From Nageia nagi (Eukaryota; Plantae; Pinophyta), in contig JBITNC010000001.1 in assembly GCA_050084985.1 (NCBI GenBank), positions 82,088,001 to 82,152,000 of the forward strand: a DNA stretch of 64,000 nt, given 5' to 3'. Both the position numbers and the translations under genes were made by a program. This document shows positions 27,103 to 41,381 of the stretch, one piece after another. The notes under the pieces were generated by a model that was not told where the DNA came from, did no database searches, and worked only from the letters and a program-made list of their open reading frames with translations. Positions within the stretch are counted from its first letter, which is position 1. Every line of letters begins with the position of its first letter.

Positions 27103-30100
27103 CTAGGCCAGATCTGATTCGGCACAAACGGAATTCCACTCCTCACTGATGAGACCATAGGACTCAACAATCTCCCCTAAGAATGCCAAAGTCTTTCGCA
27201 TGCCCCAGGAGATCATGCCAACAATGCTACCATCCTGTCGGAAGTAGCCTTCAATCTTCTTGGACATAGCCTGCATCTAGTGTCTCTAGATGACCATCCG
27301 CCTCTCGTGAATAATGGGATGCCCTACCTTCAGCAAGTTGAGATCATCAACATCAAGATGCTACCAGATTAGGTTCTGGATCTCTGCCAATACCGCTTTC
27401 TTCTTCCTGACATTGTTATCTTCCCCTTGCAAGTTAAGTTGATAAAGATATTCACTCATGTGTTCCTCAAACTCCTTTCGCAAGGGGATTCAAACTTTCA
27501 GGACAGCGTTGCACTTCTCAAGTGCATGGTTCAACCAATCATGGTGATAGGTGAGCTAATGACAGTAGACCAACTTTCTAAGTTATCAGCGAAAATATGC
27601 TGCAGATGGGAAATGTTGGGAAGGTAACTATCCAACGTACTGAGGTGTGGGGAAATCTGCATTTTGAGATCCTTGATCTCAACACTCTCAGCAAGGAATT
27701 TGTAAACCTACAAAGACAATCTTTTGACGGCCTCAATCACTTCATTCTTAAACCGCTCCATCAATTCCCATCCCTCATGGAAGGAAGTCTACTTCTGTAA
27801 GTGTAAAGAAGTGGTACTAATTTTCTAGAACTCTTTTATGATCTTCCTGCTAGCTGTGAGTTCCTTTTTCTACTTCTTCACTTCCCTTTTGGCGTTATAG
27901 CCTTCCTGCTCCATGATTGCAGTATTTTGGATGACAATATGTTTTCTGGCTATTAACCCTAGCTTAACTAGCATCTTAAATGTCTCAATGACGCACTCCT
28001 TTACTCTCTGAGGTTGCTTCTCCTTAGAGTAGCCATGGCTGATGGTCTATATCTTCATCATGAGTCGTGCTCATGTTGAGGGCTCTAAGGCAAGCATCCA
28101 GGTCAAGATCTGGATGTTCGATCGTTATCTAAGGGGAAACCTTTGAAACAACAATCTTCCTTTGTCAATTTTCTTGACCTCTTCTGCTAGAGTGGTTTGC
28201 ACTACAACCATTTCCTTGCCTTGATGTTCCTCCTGTCGTCTCTTCTTCTTCTGTTCCTCAATCTCTCCTTCGTCTTCTTCATCTCCTCCATTACCGCCTA
28301 TAGATAAGCCTTTCTCTTGGAGCTGGGGAGATCTCTCATGACTTCTCTTGGTAGAGGACTTATGCGAAGAAGGGGAACAGGAGAGGATTTGGATGCAGCC
28401 ACCTCTCTAGCACATTTCTTTCCAATTATTTGGACGTCATCATCATAGGTACCAACGTCCACTATCTCATCATCCGAAATGGTTTCAATCTCTGTTTCAT
28501 CAGATGCAGAAGCACCTACACCTATGTCCTCTTGCTCAGGCATATTGGTAGCATTACCAACATCATCATCTTCTTCTTCCTTGCTACAACACTTCGATTC
28601 TTCTGCAGAATCCTCCACCCGTACGATCAGGATCTTCAGTCTCTTCATCGGAAAAAGAAGAGGAACGCTCAAAACTAGAGCTAGAACTTGGTTGCAAAGG
28701 TGGAACTTTCTCTCTTGGACCAAGAGAATGGGCGGATCTGGAAGGAATCATCTTAGTGGACGAAATATTGCCACATAATGTATTCACCACATCATCCAGC
28801 ACATCCAAGTGAAGAGTATGATATCTCGCATCTCTAAGATCAGCTTCTACTACATTGCATTTGCTAGAACCCGAGATGAGCTCCCTGTTGGGATGTATAA
28901 TGCATTATTGTCAAGGTTATGTAATAATCTTCTACGTAAGTTCACTAATACTTAAGGGTATCATTGATACCTTAAGTATTAAAGTGAATATGATAATGTA
29001 ACTTGTTCTACACTCCATGTCATGAGCATGCCCCTTGGGTACAAGGATGTGCATGTCATGCTTTTGTACATTGGACAAAAGAGTGATCCAAAAAGGGATT
29101 TTGGCCTATAAATAAAAGACTCCCTCTTTGTGATTACATACCAATTTGTGGAGTAAAGTTATGATATAGGATAGTGCTTAGGAGAAAAGACTAGGAGGAT
29201 TGTAAGAGTTCATATTTGTTAAGAAGAGAGATCTAGTTGGTGGATGTACTCCTAGTTGGAGGAACCACTTACATCTTGTGTTATCTTTGTGAGATTGCTT
29301 TGTGAGTTTGTTAGATGTGTATTGTGAGCTTTCATGTGATCTTGAGAATATAGAGTTGTTTAGTTTATAGTTCAACTCTCTCACTCCCTTGAGGCCTCTT
29401 GTCTTTTTCCTGCAGGAAGCAAAGGTGTCTTCTTTATTGAGGACGTGGTGTGAGCAGGAGACTTGATCTTCAAGGGCGCCTCTTTAAGTCGGGGTTTGGT
29501 AGTTCGAGGTTTTTGAGGAGATTTTTTCTCCCCAAAGGGGAACCGCCTTCTTGCTCAAGAGAGCCTTTATGCGTGCGATTTCTCCTTTGTCATGTACATT
29601 TCTATACCTCTCCTTATCTCCCAAAGGCTTGTGTGGAAACGCGATGGGCCTATGAAAAGCTATATCATAAAAACGTACAATTATCCCCCTAGGATCATAA
29701 TTCTTTGCAGCATCCCCTCTGAAGAAGTTGTACTGCTCTAACTCCTCTAGCATATACGTTGCCTCCACCCATGTCTGGAAAAAATATCGGGATATAGTAA
29801 TAGGCAAATTTATTGTGGCATTCTTCCTCTTCCAGACCCTCTCCTTCAGGAACAAGAGCTGCCTGGCATATTCCATGAGAATCAACTTGTCATTGGTGAA
29901 TCTGGGCAAGAGCAAGGGTTGTTCTTCTGAACCAAAGACTTTGATATATGTAAAATCGGCGTCCTACAAAAAGAAGTTCGCATGTACGCTAATGGCCTGA
30001 GTAGCTGCATCAGAAATCCTCTTGACTACGGCTCCTTTGATATCCTTATAGATATCATATTCCCAAAAATCGGTCCTCTAATAGACATATTGGAACTTGT

Positions 30101-30989
30101 TCTTGCACCACCATTTCTGGCATGCCCTCCACACATGGATGTATTTTTGCCCCAAGTATCTTTGCCATGTAGCAACAGGTACACCATATAAGAGTTCATA
30201 TCTAATCTCTTCCAGAAGCCGAGAAAAGACAACTGATAGCGCAAGGCATCACTGATTATCCCATCCCATCAGATAGGTCTCCCCAAACTGATAACAACAA
30301 TAAAACATGTGAACTCTCTCCGGTACTTAACATCATTTTCCTGACCTATCACTCTAGAAAAGAGGGTGATCAATTTTCCCACAACTGGCAGGAATTCATC
30401 TCTCTGTGCATTGATCAGCCTCTATCCTTGAAGGTTTTGAAACTCTTCAAGTAACCAGGGTCGAATATAGTCTCCAAGTTGGGCCATGGAATCATGAAAT
30501 TCTTTAGAATGGGTCAGTTTATAATCATCCCCATAACTCTTCCAGCCAAAGGCTGCTTCAATTCCGGCAAGGGAAAAGTCCATGATCACATTGCCTTTTG
30601 TATCCTGCAGAACCCTTTTGCCATAATCACATTTCCTGGCCACGTCACTGCACAGGTCTGGGAAAGGTAATGCAAAATTGCAAATGGCATCATCGAAGCA
30701 TTGAACAATCCACATGTCTGGATGAGCTCCTCGTATAAGTCCTCTTTGCTAATGGAGGATGTGGAGGCTAGGGTTAGAATAGGGTCCAGGTTTCCCCAAT
30801 TTGTATCACCAACAAAAATGTGTTTCCCCTTGAATTTGGCTTCAAGGAGCTCTATTTTTTCCGTTTGCTAAAAGTCTATTAGGCTTTCCTTCAAAAGCCT
30901 ACTCATCTGGCTTTTGGTTACATGCCTTTCGAACAACTGGCTCTAAATTTTTTGGATTTCAACGAAGGAGCTTTGATGTTTGAAGCCAT
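27103..30989 (-). pseudogene. LTR-encoded ORF of unknown function (copy A, most complete; ~1100 codons net, degenerate)
   Basis: Begins MASNIKAPSLK at 30989 and ends SEEWNSVCAESDLA* at 27103. ORF-track pieces 30422-30715, 29484-29915 and 28298-28723 are collinear with copies B and C. Confidence 0.75.
28886..29383 (+). mobile_element. Solo Copia-type LTR (498 bp)
   Basis: TG...CA termini, TSD CTCCC at 28881-28885 and 29384-29388. The empty site GAGCTCCCTCAAGG is present in the sister LTR at ~49221. Shares CCTATAAATA, CTAGTTG(T)GGATGTAC and GAGGAACCAC blocks with the 19346 LTR. Confidence 0.92.
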
Positions 30990-32159
30990 ACAAAATTCTA
31001 CTTAAGCTCTTCTCAACTCTAGATGTCTGACCAATCTAGGTGCACAGCTCTGAATGAGTGCAAAAGCACAGCTTGAAAAGTATGCGACTGGGCCTAGGGT
31101 AACTTAGTCAATTTTCGAACACAATTCTTCATTCCAAATCTCATCACATGGTTTTGAATGAGTGCCTCAAGTATTGCCTTGAAGGTATGCGACTGGGTTC
31201 AGGGGTTGATATGAAATGCCTTAGCCAAAAAAGACTAACTAAATGTGCAACGTCCCTAAATCCTTCTTTCCTCCTTGGTTGCACTTTTCAGAGTTAGTGC
31301 ATGCAAGAGAAATGGTGCGACTAGGTTCAGAAATGAATATGCAATGTTTCTCGATGGTATTCTTTCCTTGGTCGCATGTTTTGAAATGAGTGCCCAAGTA
31401 GGCACAAGAAATGATGCGACGAAGAAGAGGGGTGATTCTAGAATGATGTTTGAAATAATTTCCTTGGTCTCATGGTTTTTGGTGAGTGCTAAAAGGACTC
31501 ATCTCAAAGCATGCGACAATGAGAAAAAAATGCTAATTATGAGTTGCCACCTTGGTCGCACCCTTTTGAAGGGGTGCAAAAAGGACTCCATGAAATGCAT
31601 GCGACAACAAAATGCACTGAAAAAATGCTAAGTATGAGAAGATGTTGAGCCTAGTCGCACCTTTCCTAGAGGGTGCAAAAGCACTCCCTCAAAAACATGC
31701 AACAAGCTGAAAATGGGTGTTTAGTTTGCTTTTTCGATAGAAAAAATGACATATGAGATGCAAATGGGGTTACTACAACATGGAGGCCCTCATTTTGCTT
31801 TCAAACATGATGATGCAAGTGATAAAAACATGTGACATACTGAAAAATGCAAGATTTCGACTTCAACTACCATGAAAATGTAGTTTAAACACGTTCCTAA
31901 GACTAGACCAAAAGATGTGCATCTTCTTTGACAAATTTTCCTGCAATTCCTCTTTTGCTTTCCTGAGGGTCCTCAAAATATGAAAATTTTTGGGGGAGTG
32001 TTGTGTAGGCACAACAATAGCTAAAACAAAAAAAAAAACTAAATGAACAAACTAATAACATAATGAGATTAACATAAAGCACGGACTGGGACAACATAAG
32101 GCCAGAACATGACACTAACAAGAGACGACTGGACATGATAAAATGCAAACACGACACTT

Positions 32160-35100
32160 ATGTACAGGATGGTGCAACTAGTCTTCAAGCTTGAAAGTAA
32201 TGCTTGAGATGCTTAACATTGACGAGCAATGGTAACACTTCTCCGATGAGTTTCCTAAGCTTGAAAGAATTCGGGTCAATGAGATCTTCAATGAGTAACG
32301 GCCCCAACCAAAGTTGTCAAACTTAGCATGTTGCCCCTTTATCCTCATGTGCTTTATCCCACATCAAGATGAGATCGTCTTGTTCGAATTCCACATGCAA
32401 GCAGTTTTATCAAACCATCTCTTGGTGATCTGTTGATGATGAATCATACTTTAAAGGGCTTGCTCCTTGTTTTCTTCCAGCTAGAGGAGATTCACCAATC
32501 TCGTCTCAACCACATCATTTGTTCCAATATACTCCTTCATGAACTAAAGGGTCTCAATCTTCAAATGCATGGGGAACACGAGTTCGGTACCATATACAAG
32601 GTGATATGGGTTGGTGCGGAGGGACTTCTTCAGCCTGAAACTATCAGACCATAGTGCATACTACAACTTACAGTACCATTTTCTAGGATTCTGTTTGATT
32701 ACCATGACCAAATTTTTTTTAGTCGACTCAGCTACTCCATTGCCTTACGGATAGTGATTCGAGGAGTAACTAATGCTGATGCCATGGTCACATGCCCACT
32801 CTATCAATCTCGCCAAAATGAACCCCAGACCATTGTCACACACCAAATTGTAAGGGATGCCAAATCTGGTGATGATGAACTCCTCAAGGAAGTCTATGAC
32901 AACCTCAGAGGTGGCGTTTTTGCATGCTACTTTGGCTTTGGTCCATCTTGTGCAATAATTAGTGGCGGTGAGAATAAATCGTTGTCTGCTGGAGGAGTTG
33001 GGATATATAACCCCAATGATGTCTAAACCCCATTTGGCAAAAAGTCTGGCCTCGAGCATGGGTTGAAGGAGGAGACTCGAGTGTTTCGCTCTTCTAGCTG
33101 AATTTTGACAAATGTGACATTTCTTCGTGTAATTACAGGCATCTTTGAAAATGTTCGGCTAGTAAAATCTAGCTCTCAAAATTTGATGAGCCAAGACAGG
33201 ACCTGGAGCATGGTCGGTTCCATTGTCTTGGTTGTGAAACTGCTTCAATGTCTCCATAAATTGATTTTCTTCAAGGAATCTTAAGAAAATGCCTTCGTGA
33301 TTTCTAAGAAACAGCTTATTGGACTTGATCATGAATTTGGCAGATTTGTATCTCAAGGCTCTTTTCTGGGCTTGATTGTAATGACAAGGATATGAACCAG
33401 AAGTGAGATATCCAATTACATCTTCGTACCAAGAGCCTTTTGAATACGTATACTGACACACCAAGATATATATCAGTATCATGTCTTGCCTCTTCCAAAT
33501 CAACATGGTTCCCATAGAAGGTGAGTGTGCGTGAAAGTCCATGGCCTCGTACAATATTCATTGGTTGAATAGTGATGTCATACTCTTGAAGAGTGATCAC
33601 CCAATTTCCCCACTTTTCACCCAGCTCATGCTAGACAACCAAATTTTTTATAGCTACATCAGGCACGATAACAGTAATATGACTTCGAAGAATATAATGC
33701 CTAAATTTCTTGACTACTTGAACCAAGGCATATGCTTGTTTGTCTACAAGAGGGTATATCTTAAACCGGTATCTTTCAAGGGGGCACTCATAAATGTAAT
33801 GGGCTTCTCATGATTCTCCTCTTCAATCATCTAAGTGAGGACTCCAGCTAAGGAATGGTCGGATGCACAGGAATACAAAAAGAATAGGCATTTGTAATCA
33901 GGGCTAGTAAGCATGGGAGCGCTGGAAATGTTACCTTTCAGGTCATGAAAAGCTTCACGCACCTTTTCATCCCACACTATCTTCGCATCCTTTTTCAACA
34001 TGTCATTGATAGGCTTAGCGATTTCCGCAAATCTTGACATGAACTTGTGGACAAAATTAATATGGCCCATGAATGACCTCAATTCCTTAACATTTGAGGG
34101 ATATGGGATTTTTTGAATGGCATCCACCCTTTCCGTATCAATAGAAATTCCATGCTCTGAGATGACATGACCCAACAGTCTCCCTTTGGAAGTGCCAAAA
34201 ATGCACTTCATGGGATTCAAGGATATTCCAAATTTCCTACATCTTTCAAAAATCCACCTTGAATCCTCTACATGAGAAGATTTATCTCTTGAAAACACTG
34301 TCAAATCATCCATATAAATGACGATTGACTTCCCGATCAATCCTTGGAAGGCAAAATCCATGGCTCGTTGGAACGTAGCACCAGAATTTATCAAGCCGAA
34401 GGGCATTCGGTTGTACACAAATATTCCCCACTTGGTGGTGAAGGTTGTCTTCAATCTCTCTTTTTCATCAACCAAAATCTGATTCTAACCTGAATATCCA
34501 TCCAAAAAGGACATCATTTGTGAACCATTTACAATCTACAAGACCTCGACCAGGGAGGGAAGATGGTAATTATCTTTATCGGAAGCCTGGTTGAGATGTT
34601 TGAAGTCAATACAAACCCGTATCTCTCCATTTTTCTTCCCCAAAGGAACTATATTTGCAACCCAAGACGAGTACCTAATTGGAAATATAATCTTGGACTG
34701 AGCCAATTTCTGAACTTCTTACAAAATCAAGGGCTCCAAGGTGGGAATAACCACCCTTTGCTTCTTCTTGAAAGGCTTCACGTTCGGTCTAAGGAGAATA
34801 GTATGAGTAATGATATTGGGATCATAAGTCTTAAGATGCTCATACCTCCATGCTATGATATCTATGAACTCCCGTATAACGCAAATAATTTTCGCTCTTT
34901 CGGCACCAATGTAAGATTTCCCAAAGAGGATGTTGTTGGGTCTTGACTCCATTCCCAAGTTGAATGCTTTGGCATCTTCAACATCAATCTGAGCAGTGAC
35001 TTGATGCTGGATTACATCATTATCAAATAGTCTTTCCAAGGTTACAATTACCCTAGGGATCTTACTTGTTTTCAACTGGATGATCCCATCATCCAGGGTT

Positions 35101-36303
35101 TCTTCTGTCAAAACTCCGTTATGTTCCACATCAGAGTCAGAAGATTCTTCTTCAAGGGTTTGGGAAACAAACACTCTAGAGTTTGCCATGAAATCCTGAA
35201 TTTATCGTTCATAATGGAATACTTGAAGATGGGCAATGTTGTCAAGGACGGAAGGCACTAGGACCAGCTCAACAGTGAACTTCCGCAAACGAGAATTTCT
35301 CCAAGGGTTGGAGTGTGCTTGCAGCAACAGCCAGAAAATCAGCCACTAGATTCTGTCTTCACAAAACAACTTGGATTTTGAACGACTCTAAGACCCTCAG
35401 GAGGTCCCACATTCGGGTCCGGTATCTGTACTATCTCGGATCCTTGCATGAGTAGACATTCTGGATCTGATTCACCACCAACTCTGAATCTCCTATTATC
35501 TTTAGGTACTTCACACCCTTCCGGAGAGCCAATTTTAGTCCGAGAACTAGTGCCTCGTATTAGGCAGAGTTGCAAGTACAAGGAAACTGCAACCAAAACG
35601 AGGCCTGATACCTCTTCCATTTAGGATTCTGCAACTTGACTCCAGCTCTGCTTCCAAGCCTGGATTTCGAACCATCGAACTTGAGTATCCAAAATAGATT
35701 TTCGTTAGGAGGATCAGTACAAATGATTTCAGAGTCCTTGACAGGAGGGGCATGTGAACTCTCCCTCTCAACAATCGACGATGTCAACAATGACATCTTT
35801 TGTTTCAGGTTCTTGGTTCTCTGACCTCAGGTACCTAGCTTTCTTGAGTTCTTCCAATTGTCTTTCATTCTCATGCTTCATCCAATCAGACATTTCCTCA
35901 AGAGGCTCAGAACCAAGAGCTTCTTGTTTTGTAAGTTTCACATCATCCAAGCAGACACCTTTCTTCTTCAAATGATTATGATACAAGGGAGTCTAAAGAT
36001 ATTCGGTATCGAGACAAGGACCACCTTGGATGGAAGCAAAATCCACGGTATACACTCCCAACTCTTCTTATGCAAAGTGAACCTCGTTCAAATTGTTATA
36101 CTTAGTGATAATCTCCTTGAGATGGGGCTCACTATTTACTTTGATCTGATTTGGTTGTCCTTTCCATTGAAGCTACATATGGGTGAAGTCGGTAGAGATG
36201 TACCCATTAAGTTTCATCGACAAATCCCTGTTGAGCAGGATCCCATATGAATCTGGAATGTCCATGTATTGCTGCACCAGCGGCTCGGAAGCTACTTCAA
36301 TGT
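32160..36303 (-). pseudogene. pol: pol of the giant element: protease C-term - archaeal RNase H - RT - RNase H - integrase, degenerate
   Basis: aRH WILKFDGSKSRLGSRAGV...LQFPCTCNSA (35560-35700). RT FTTKWGIFVYNRMPFGLINSGATFQRAM, IYMDDL (33831-34475). Integrase KWGLDIIG...WTKA...FIITRFGIP..LVCDNG (32745-33059). Confidence 0.92.
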
Positions 36304-36784
36304 TGTGACGTCCCATTTGGACCAATGATGAATTACATCATGATCATTTTGTAATCTAGTGTTTGTTCATGTGCATGTTGTACTTCTGTAACTCAAGCAG
36401 GAGCTTATGGTCTATGGACCCCATTGTGAGCCCAGTAATGGCACATCTCCCCTTGAGTAGTGTTGCATTAGTTTGTAATGGGTTATCCCGAATTGTGAGA
36501 ATCCCTAGATAAACATGAGTCCTATACATTCTAGAGTGAGCAAAAGGATAAACAAGCATTGAGAGGGCTCCACTTACCCCACGTTGGCTTATGAGGTCAC
36601 CTAGACCCCCACGTCAGCTTGAGGAGGCCCATTAGACCCCATGTCAGCCTTGAGGGCCTTTATGACCCCCACGTTCGAACACTGGGCCCATTGGACCCTC
36701 ACGCTAGCATAATGGGCCAATATGACCCCCATGTTGGCATGGTTGACCTGTTGACCCGTTGGAATAGACTTGGCATGGGATAAT

Positions 36785-37031
36785 TGCAGGAATGGATCAT
36801 AAAACTCCAAGATTAATATTAACTCAAGAATAATTTACAATATATAGACCACAAAAGTGGTTAACTAACAAACTCCTAAAATGGTGCAACTAAGTGTACA
36901 CCTCATCCTAACTAATTTACCTACCTAAGCACTAAGCTAAAATTTCTCTAACTTCAAATGACACTTGTTATTGACACATGTCTAATTTCTAAATATTTAC
37001 AAATACCATAATAAGATTATGGTTTTTAACA
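36785..37031 (-). repeat. 3' LTR of full-length Copia (247 bp)
   Basis: Direct repeat of 42851-43101; about 5 substitutions and one 4-bp indel by eye. Confidence 0.95.
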
Positions 37032-37040
37032 TTCCCCCCC

Positions 37041-40000
37041 TTAATCTGAAGGGGCATTTGTAAGTCCAAGCATTGATCTAAATTTCTCGAACTTTTCTCT
37101 TCCAAGCGCCTTGGTGAAGATGTCTGCGATTTGTTCTTCAGTGGAACAATGTTTCACCCAAATTGTCTTGGCCTCTACATGATGTCGAATCAAATGATAC
37201 TTTGTATTGATATGTTTTGTTCGATCATGAAACTTTGGATTCTTGGCCAATTTGATTGCAGAAGTATTATCGATTAACAGTGGAGTTGGAAGCACTTGTT
37301 TCTCCTGCAAATCTTCTAGTATTTTCCTGAGCCACACAATTTCTTTTGTTGCTTCTACTGCAGCCACATATTCTGCCTCAGTAGTGGAATCTGCTGGAAC
37401 AGTCTGTTTTCGTGATCTCCAGGAAATAGCGGCTGATCTAAGACTCATAAGATATCCTGAAGTTGAAACTCCATTTTCCTTATCACCAACAAAGTTTGAA
37501 TCAGAATATCCAACCAGTTTGAAGTCTCTAACCTTGGAATATTTTAGCCCATAATCTTGAGTTCCTTTCAAATATCGAAGAACTCTTTTCGCTGCTAGCC
37601 AATGACCTTCACAAGGTGTGTGCATAAATCGAGAAAGAATTCCAACCACGAATGAAATATCTGGTCTAGTTGTGGTTAGATAAATGAGACTTCCTATCAA
37701 CTGTCTGAATTTAGTAGCATCCTCAAATTGATTTCCCTCAACTGATTTCAACTTCAAATTTTGTTCCATTGGAGTAGAGAGAGGATTGCAATCTTCCATA
37801 CTAAATTTATTCAACAATTCTCCAATGTACTTTTGGGAAATAAATATGTAACTTGGTGTTTGATTTACTTCAACACCCAAGTAGTAGTGAAACAGGCCCA
37901 TATCTATCATTTCAAATCCTTTCTTCAATTCCTGTTTCACAGATGCTATATATCTCTCATTGTTCCCTGTAATCAATAGATCATCTACATACACCACTAG
38001 ATATACAACAGTGTTGCCAAATTTCTTAACAAACAAAGTTGCATCATCAAGGTTGTAGTGCTTGAATTTTAACTTTAAAAGATATTCAGTAAGCTTTTCA
38101 TACCATGCACGAGGAGCTTGCTTCAATCCATACAATGACTTGATAAGTTTGCATACCTTATGCTCTTGACCTTTAACTGCAAATCCCTCAGGCTGTGTCA
38201 TGTAAACATTCTCTTTTAGATCACCAATCAGGAAAGCTATCTTTACGTCCATTTGATGAACCTTCCACTTATGTTGAGCTGCCATTGTCAATAAAGTACG
38301 AATGGTAGCCCATTTAGCTGTAGGAGCAAAAGTCTCATCATAGTCAATGCCTTCTCTTTGTGCAAAACCTTTTGCAACAAACCTTGCTTTGTTTTTATCA
38401 AGTGAGCCGTCTGATTTATACTTGTTCTTGTAAACCCACTTGCATCCAATAGGTTTGATTCCATATTGTGGATCTACCAACTTCCATGTCCCATTCTTGA
38501 TGAGAGCATCATACTCTTTCTTCATAGCTTCTTTCCAAGCATCATGAGAAATAGCTTCTTTAAAAGAAGTTGGTTCAAAATCAACAGAACAATTCAATTC
38601 CATATCAAAAGAATATTCATCATCTGAAACTGAATCTTCTACTACTCCACTTTCATGTCTTGTCTGGTAGGAACTTCGAGTTCCTGTCTTTCCAATTTCA
38701 TCAGGACGAACACTTTCAAGTGTTTTCTGGGCCCATATTGGAATTCTCTGAGATGATTCTGGTTGATCACTGAGCTGAGATGGAGCTTCACTTCCATCAA
38801 GACTTAATCGACCAATTCCTTGAATTACTTCATCTAACTGACGCTCAGATACTGGCACCGATGAACTGGAAGAACCTAGTAGAGGAGGTACTCTTGGTGC
38901 TTGTTCTTCATGAACAAATGGTAAAAATTCCAAATTTGGATCCAATATAGGAATTCCCCCCTCAAGATTTGGAATTTCATAATCTTTTTCAAAATAATGC
39001 TTTCCATGGGTAACCTTATCAAGATGATCAATCTACCGCTCAACAGTATTGTTACTTTTGGAAAATTCAAGAAAGATAACGTCTCTTGCAAAGAGAAACT
39101 TCTTGTTTACCTCATCATAAAGCTTGTATCCCTTGATAGTGTCTGAATAGCCCAAGAAAATACACTTTCGACTCCTAGCTTCAAGCTTGCTACGTTGTTC
39201 CTTAGGTATGAGCGCATAACAGGTGGAACCAAAGATCCTGAGATGACGTACAGAAGGAATACGACCAAACCACATTTCAAATGGAGTCTTATCTTTGAGA
39301 GCATGATAAGGAGATCTATTTCTCAAATAAACAGCACATTGAACTGCATCACCCCAAAACATAATTTTGACATTCTTAAAGAATATCATTGCACGGGCCA
39401 TGTTCAATAGAGTTCTGTTCAATCTTTCAGCAACCCCATTTTGTTGTGGGTTATAGGGAACAATAGTCTGATGTTTAATCCCATGTTGGTGTAAGTAAGA
39501 TTTGAAGTCATTTGAAGTATATTCCCCCCCATTATCTGAACGAAGGATACCTATACGAGTATGAGCTTCATTTTCAATACTTACATGAAAGTCTTTGAAT
39601 TTGGAAAAAGCTTCAGACTTATGTTTTATGAAATAAACCCAAGACATCCTAGAATAATCATCAATGAATGTCATAATATATCTATTACCAGCTGCAGAAG
39701 GTACAGAAAATGGACCACACAAATCGGAATTAACTAGTTCAAGTTTTCTAGTGGCTCTCCATTGGGAATTTATAAACGGTTGCTTGTGGTGCTTTCCTAG
39801 GATACAGGCTTCACAAGGGGCAACGTTCCTAGGTATTGTAGGCAAACCACGAAAACCTCGTTTCTTTAAAAGACGTAGGTCATCAAAATTAAGGTGCCCA
39901 AATCTAGCATGCCAGAAAAGACTTGAGGGAAGTGTACCTTTTTCTTGATGTGTAAGGAATGCAAATTCCTTCGATCGAACAGAAGCACCAGTGAGTTTCA

Positions 40001-41261
40001 ATAGCTTTCCATCTTCCAAACCAAGCATCACAACTTTGTTGTCAGGAGATTGTCGTATTTCCACCTTGCCATCGAACTTATGGATGGTATGTCCTTGTTG
40101 TCGAACAAGAACAAGGGAAAGCAAATTTCTCCTCAATTCTGGAAGATAAAGTACATTTTGAAGCACAAAATCTGGAAATCCTGGTAGTTTAAGCCTGATT
40201 GAGCCAATTCCAGATGGCTTAAGTTTTGATCGATCTGCAAAGTAGACTGCACCATCAATATCTTCATTCAATTCTTCAAAGAAATCCCTCCTGAAAGTCA
40301 TATGACATGTTGCTCCCGTATCAAGCAACCATGCATCTTCCCATGATGCATATGAAGTATTCATTAGGTCACTAAGACCAATGTTACATTCAGCTGTAAC
40401 AAAATGAGCGGATGCAGAGTTCTTACTCTGATCACCTTGTTGCTCTTTCTTTTCAACAATTTTCTCCCATGGAATGCGACATGTAGCAGCTTCATGGCCT
40501 TTTCTATCGCATCGAGTGCAATATAAATTTGACTTCTCCCTTTTATCTCCACGACCTCCTTGATTTCTACCTCCTCTGCCTCTGAAATTTTTCCGACCAC
40601 GACCTCTATTGCTACTATCTGCATAAGAAGCATCATTCTTCTCTGACTGAGCATTGTAAACAATATCTGAAGCATCATTGGTCTTTTTTCCAAAAGCTTT
40701 TTCACGCTCTGCAATCTTTTCTGACAAAGTTTTGAAGGTGAGGGTGGCTAATTGTCCACTCGCTTGAAGTGATTCAAGATAAGTTGAGTATGTGGGATAG
40801 AGAGCTTTGATCAAGGCTGCAAGAGAAATATCAATTTCAACACCTGTAGCCTCGATATCATACATTATTGCACTGATTTCTGAAATAAGTGCTATGGGAT
40901 CATTGTTCTGCAACTGCAAATTGAAGAGCTTTAACTGAAGTTGGATGAGTTCCAATGCTGAATGAGAGTCATACAACTCTTTTAACTTTTCCAGTGCACT
41001 CCAAGCATCATCAATTGAATTGATATGTCGATTGACTTCTTCAGATATAGAAGCAGCTATTAGAGCATACGCTTTGCAATTCTTCATGTTCCAAACCACG
41101 AGCTCTTTGTCATCAGTTGGTTTGATGGGTTTGGTTTTTCCATCGCATATACCTTCCCAAAAATCATTGAAGATGAGCGTATTTTTTATCTTCTTATACC
41201 ATTCTGACCAATTGTTTTGACCAGTCAAAACAGCCCCAATAATGCTTACTAAGGAATGCAT
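37041..41261 (-). pseudogene. gag-pol: Copia gag-pol polyprotein with one in-frame premature stop (TAG at 39033-39035)
   Basis: Zn knuckle CTRCDRKGHEAATC, protease WLLDTGATCHM, GAG-pre-integrase WHARFGH, integrase LRSDNGGEY/PQQNGVAER, RT VYVDDLL, RNase H ADIFTKAL. ORFs 39033-41261 and 37041-38945 share one frame, linked by ER*IDHLDK...EGGIPILD. Confidence 0.95.
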
Positions 41262-41381
41262 TTTGTAAGATGAAAAGTTGCAAAGTCACAAAAAGAAGTA
41301 AATAATTTACTATATTTGAAATATAAACAATCTTTACTCAAACAAGGCAAAATAGAGCAAGATGATGTCAAATACAGAAAT

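Larger units (their letters stand above)
25706..32016 (-). repeat. 3' giant LTR (~5.8 kb net of the nested solo LTR)
   Basis: TGTTG...CAACA termini; collinear with 46153-51637 and with the solo LTR 55341-61100. Confidence 0.85.

Noticed and set aside
39033-39035. Programmed stop-codon readthrough between integrase and RT
   Set aside because: The TAG is far from the gag/pol boundary and is most simply a CAG-to-TAG transition in an element whose LTRs have already diverged.
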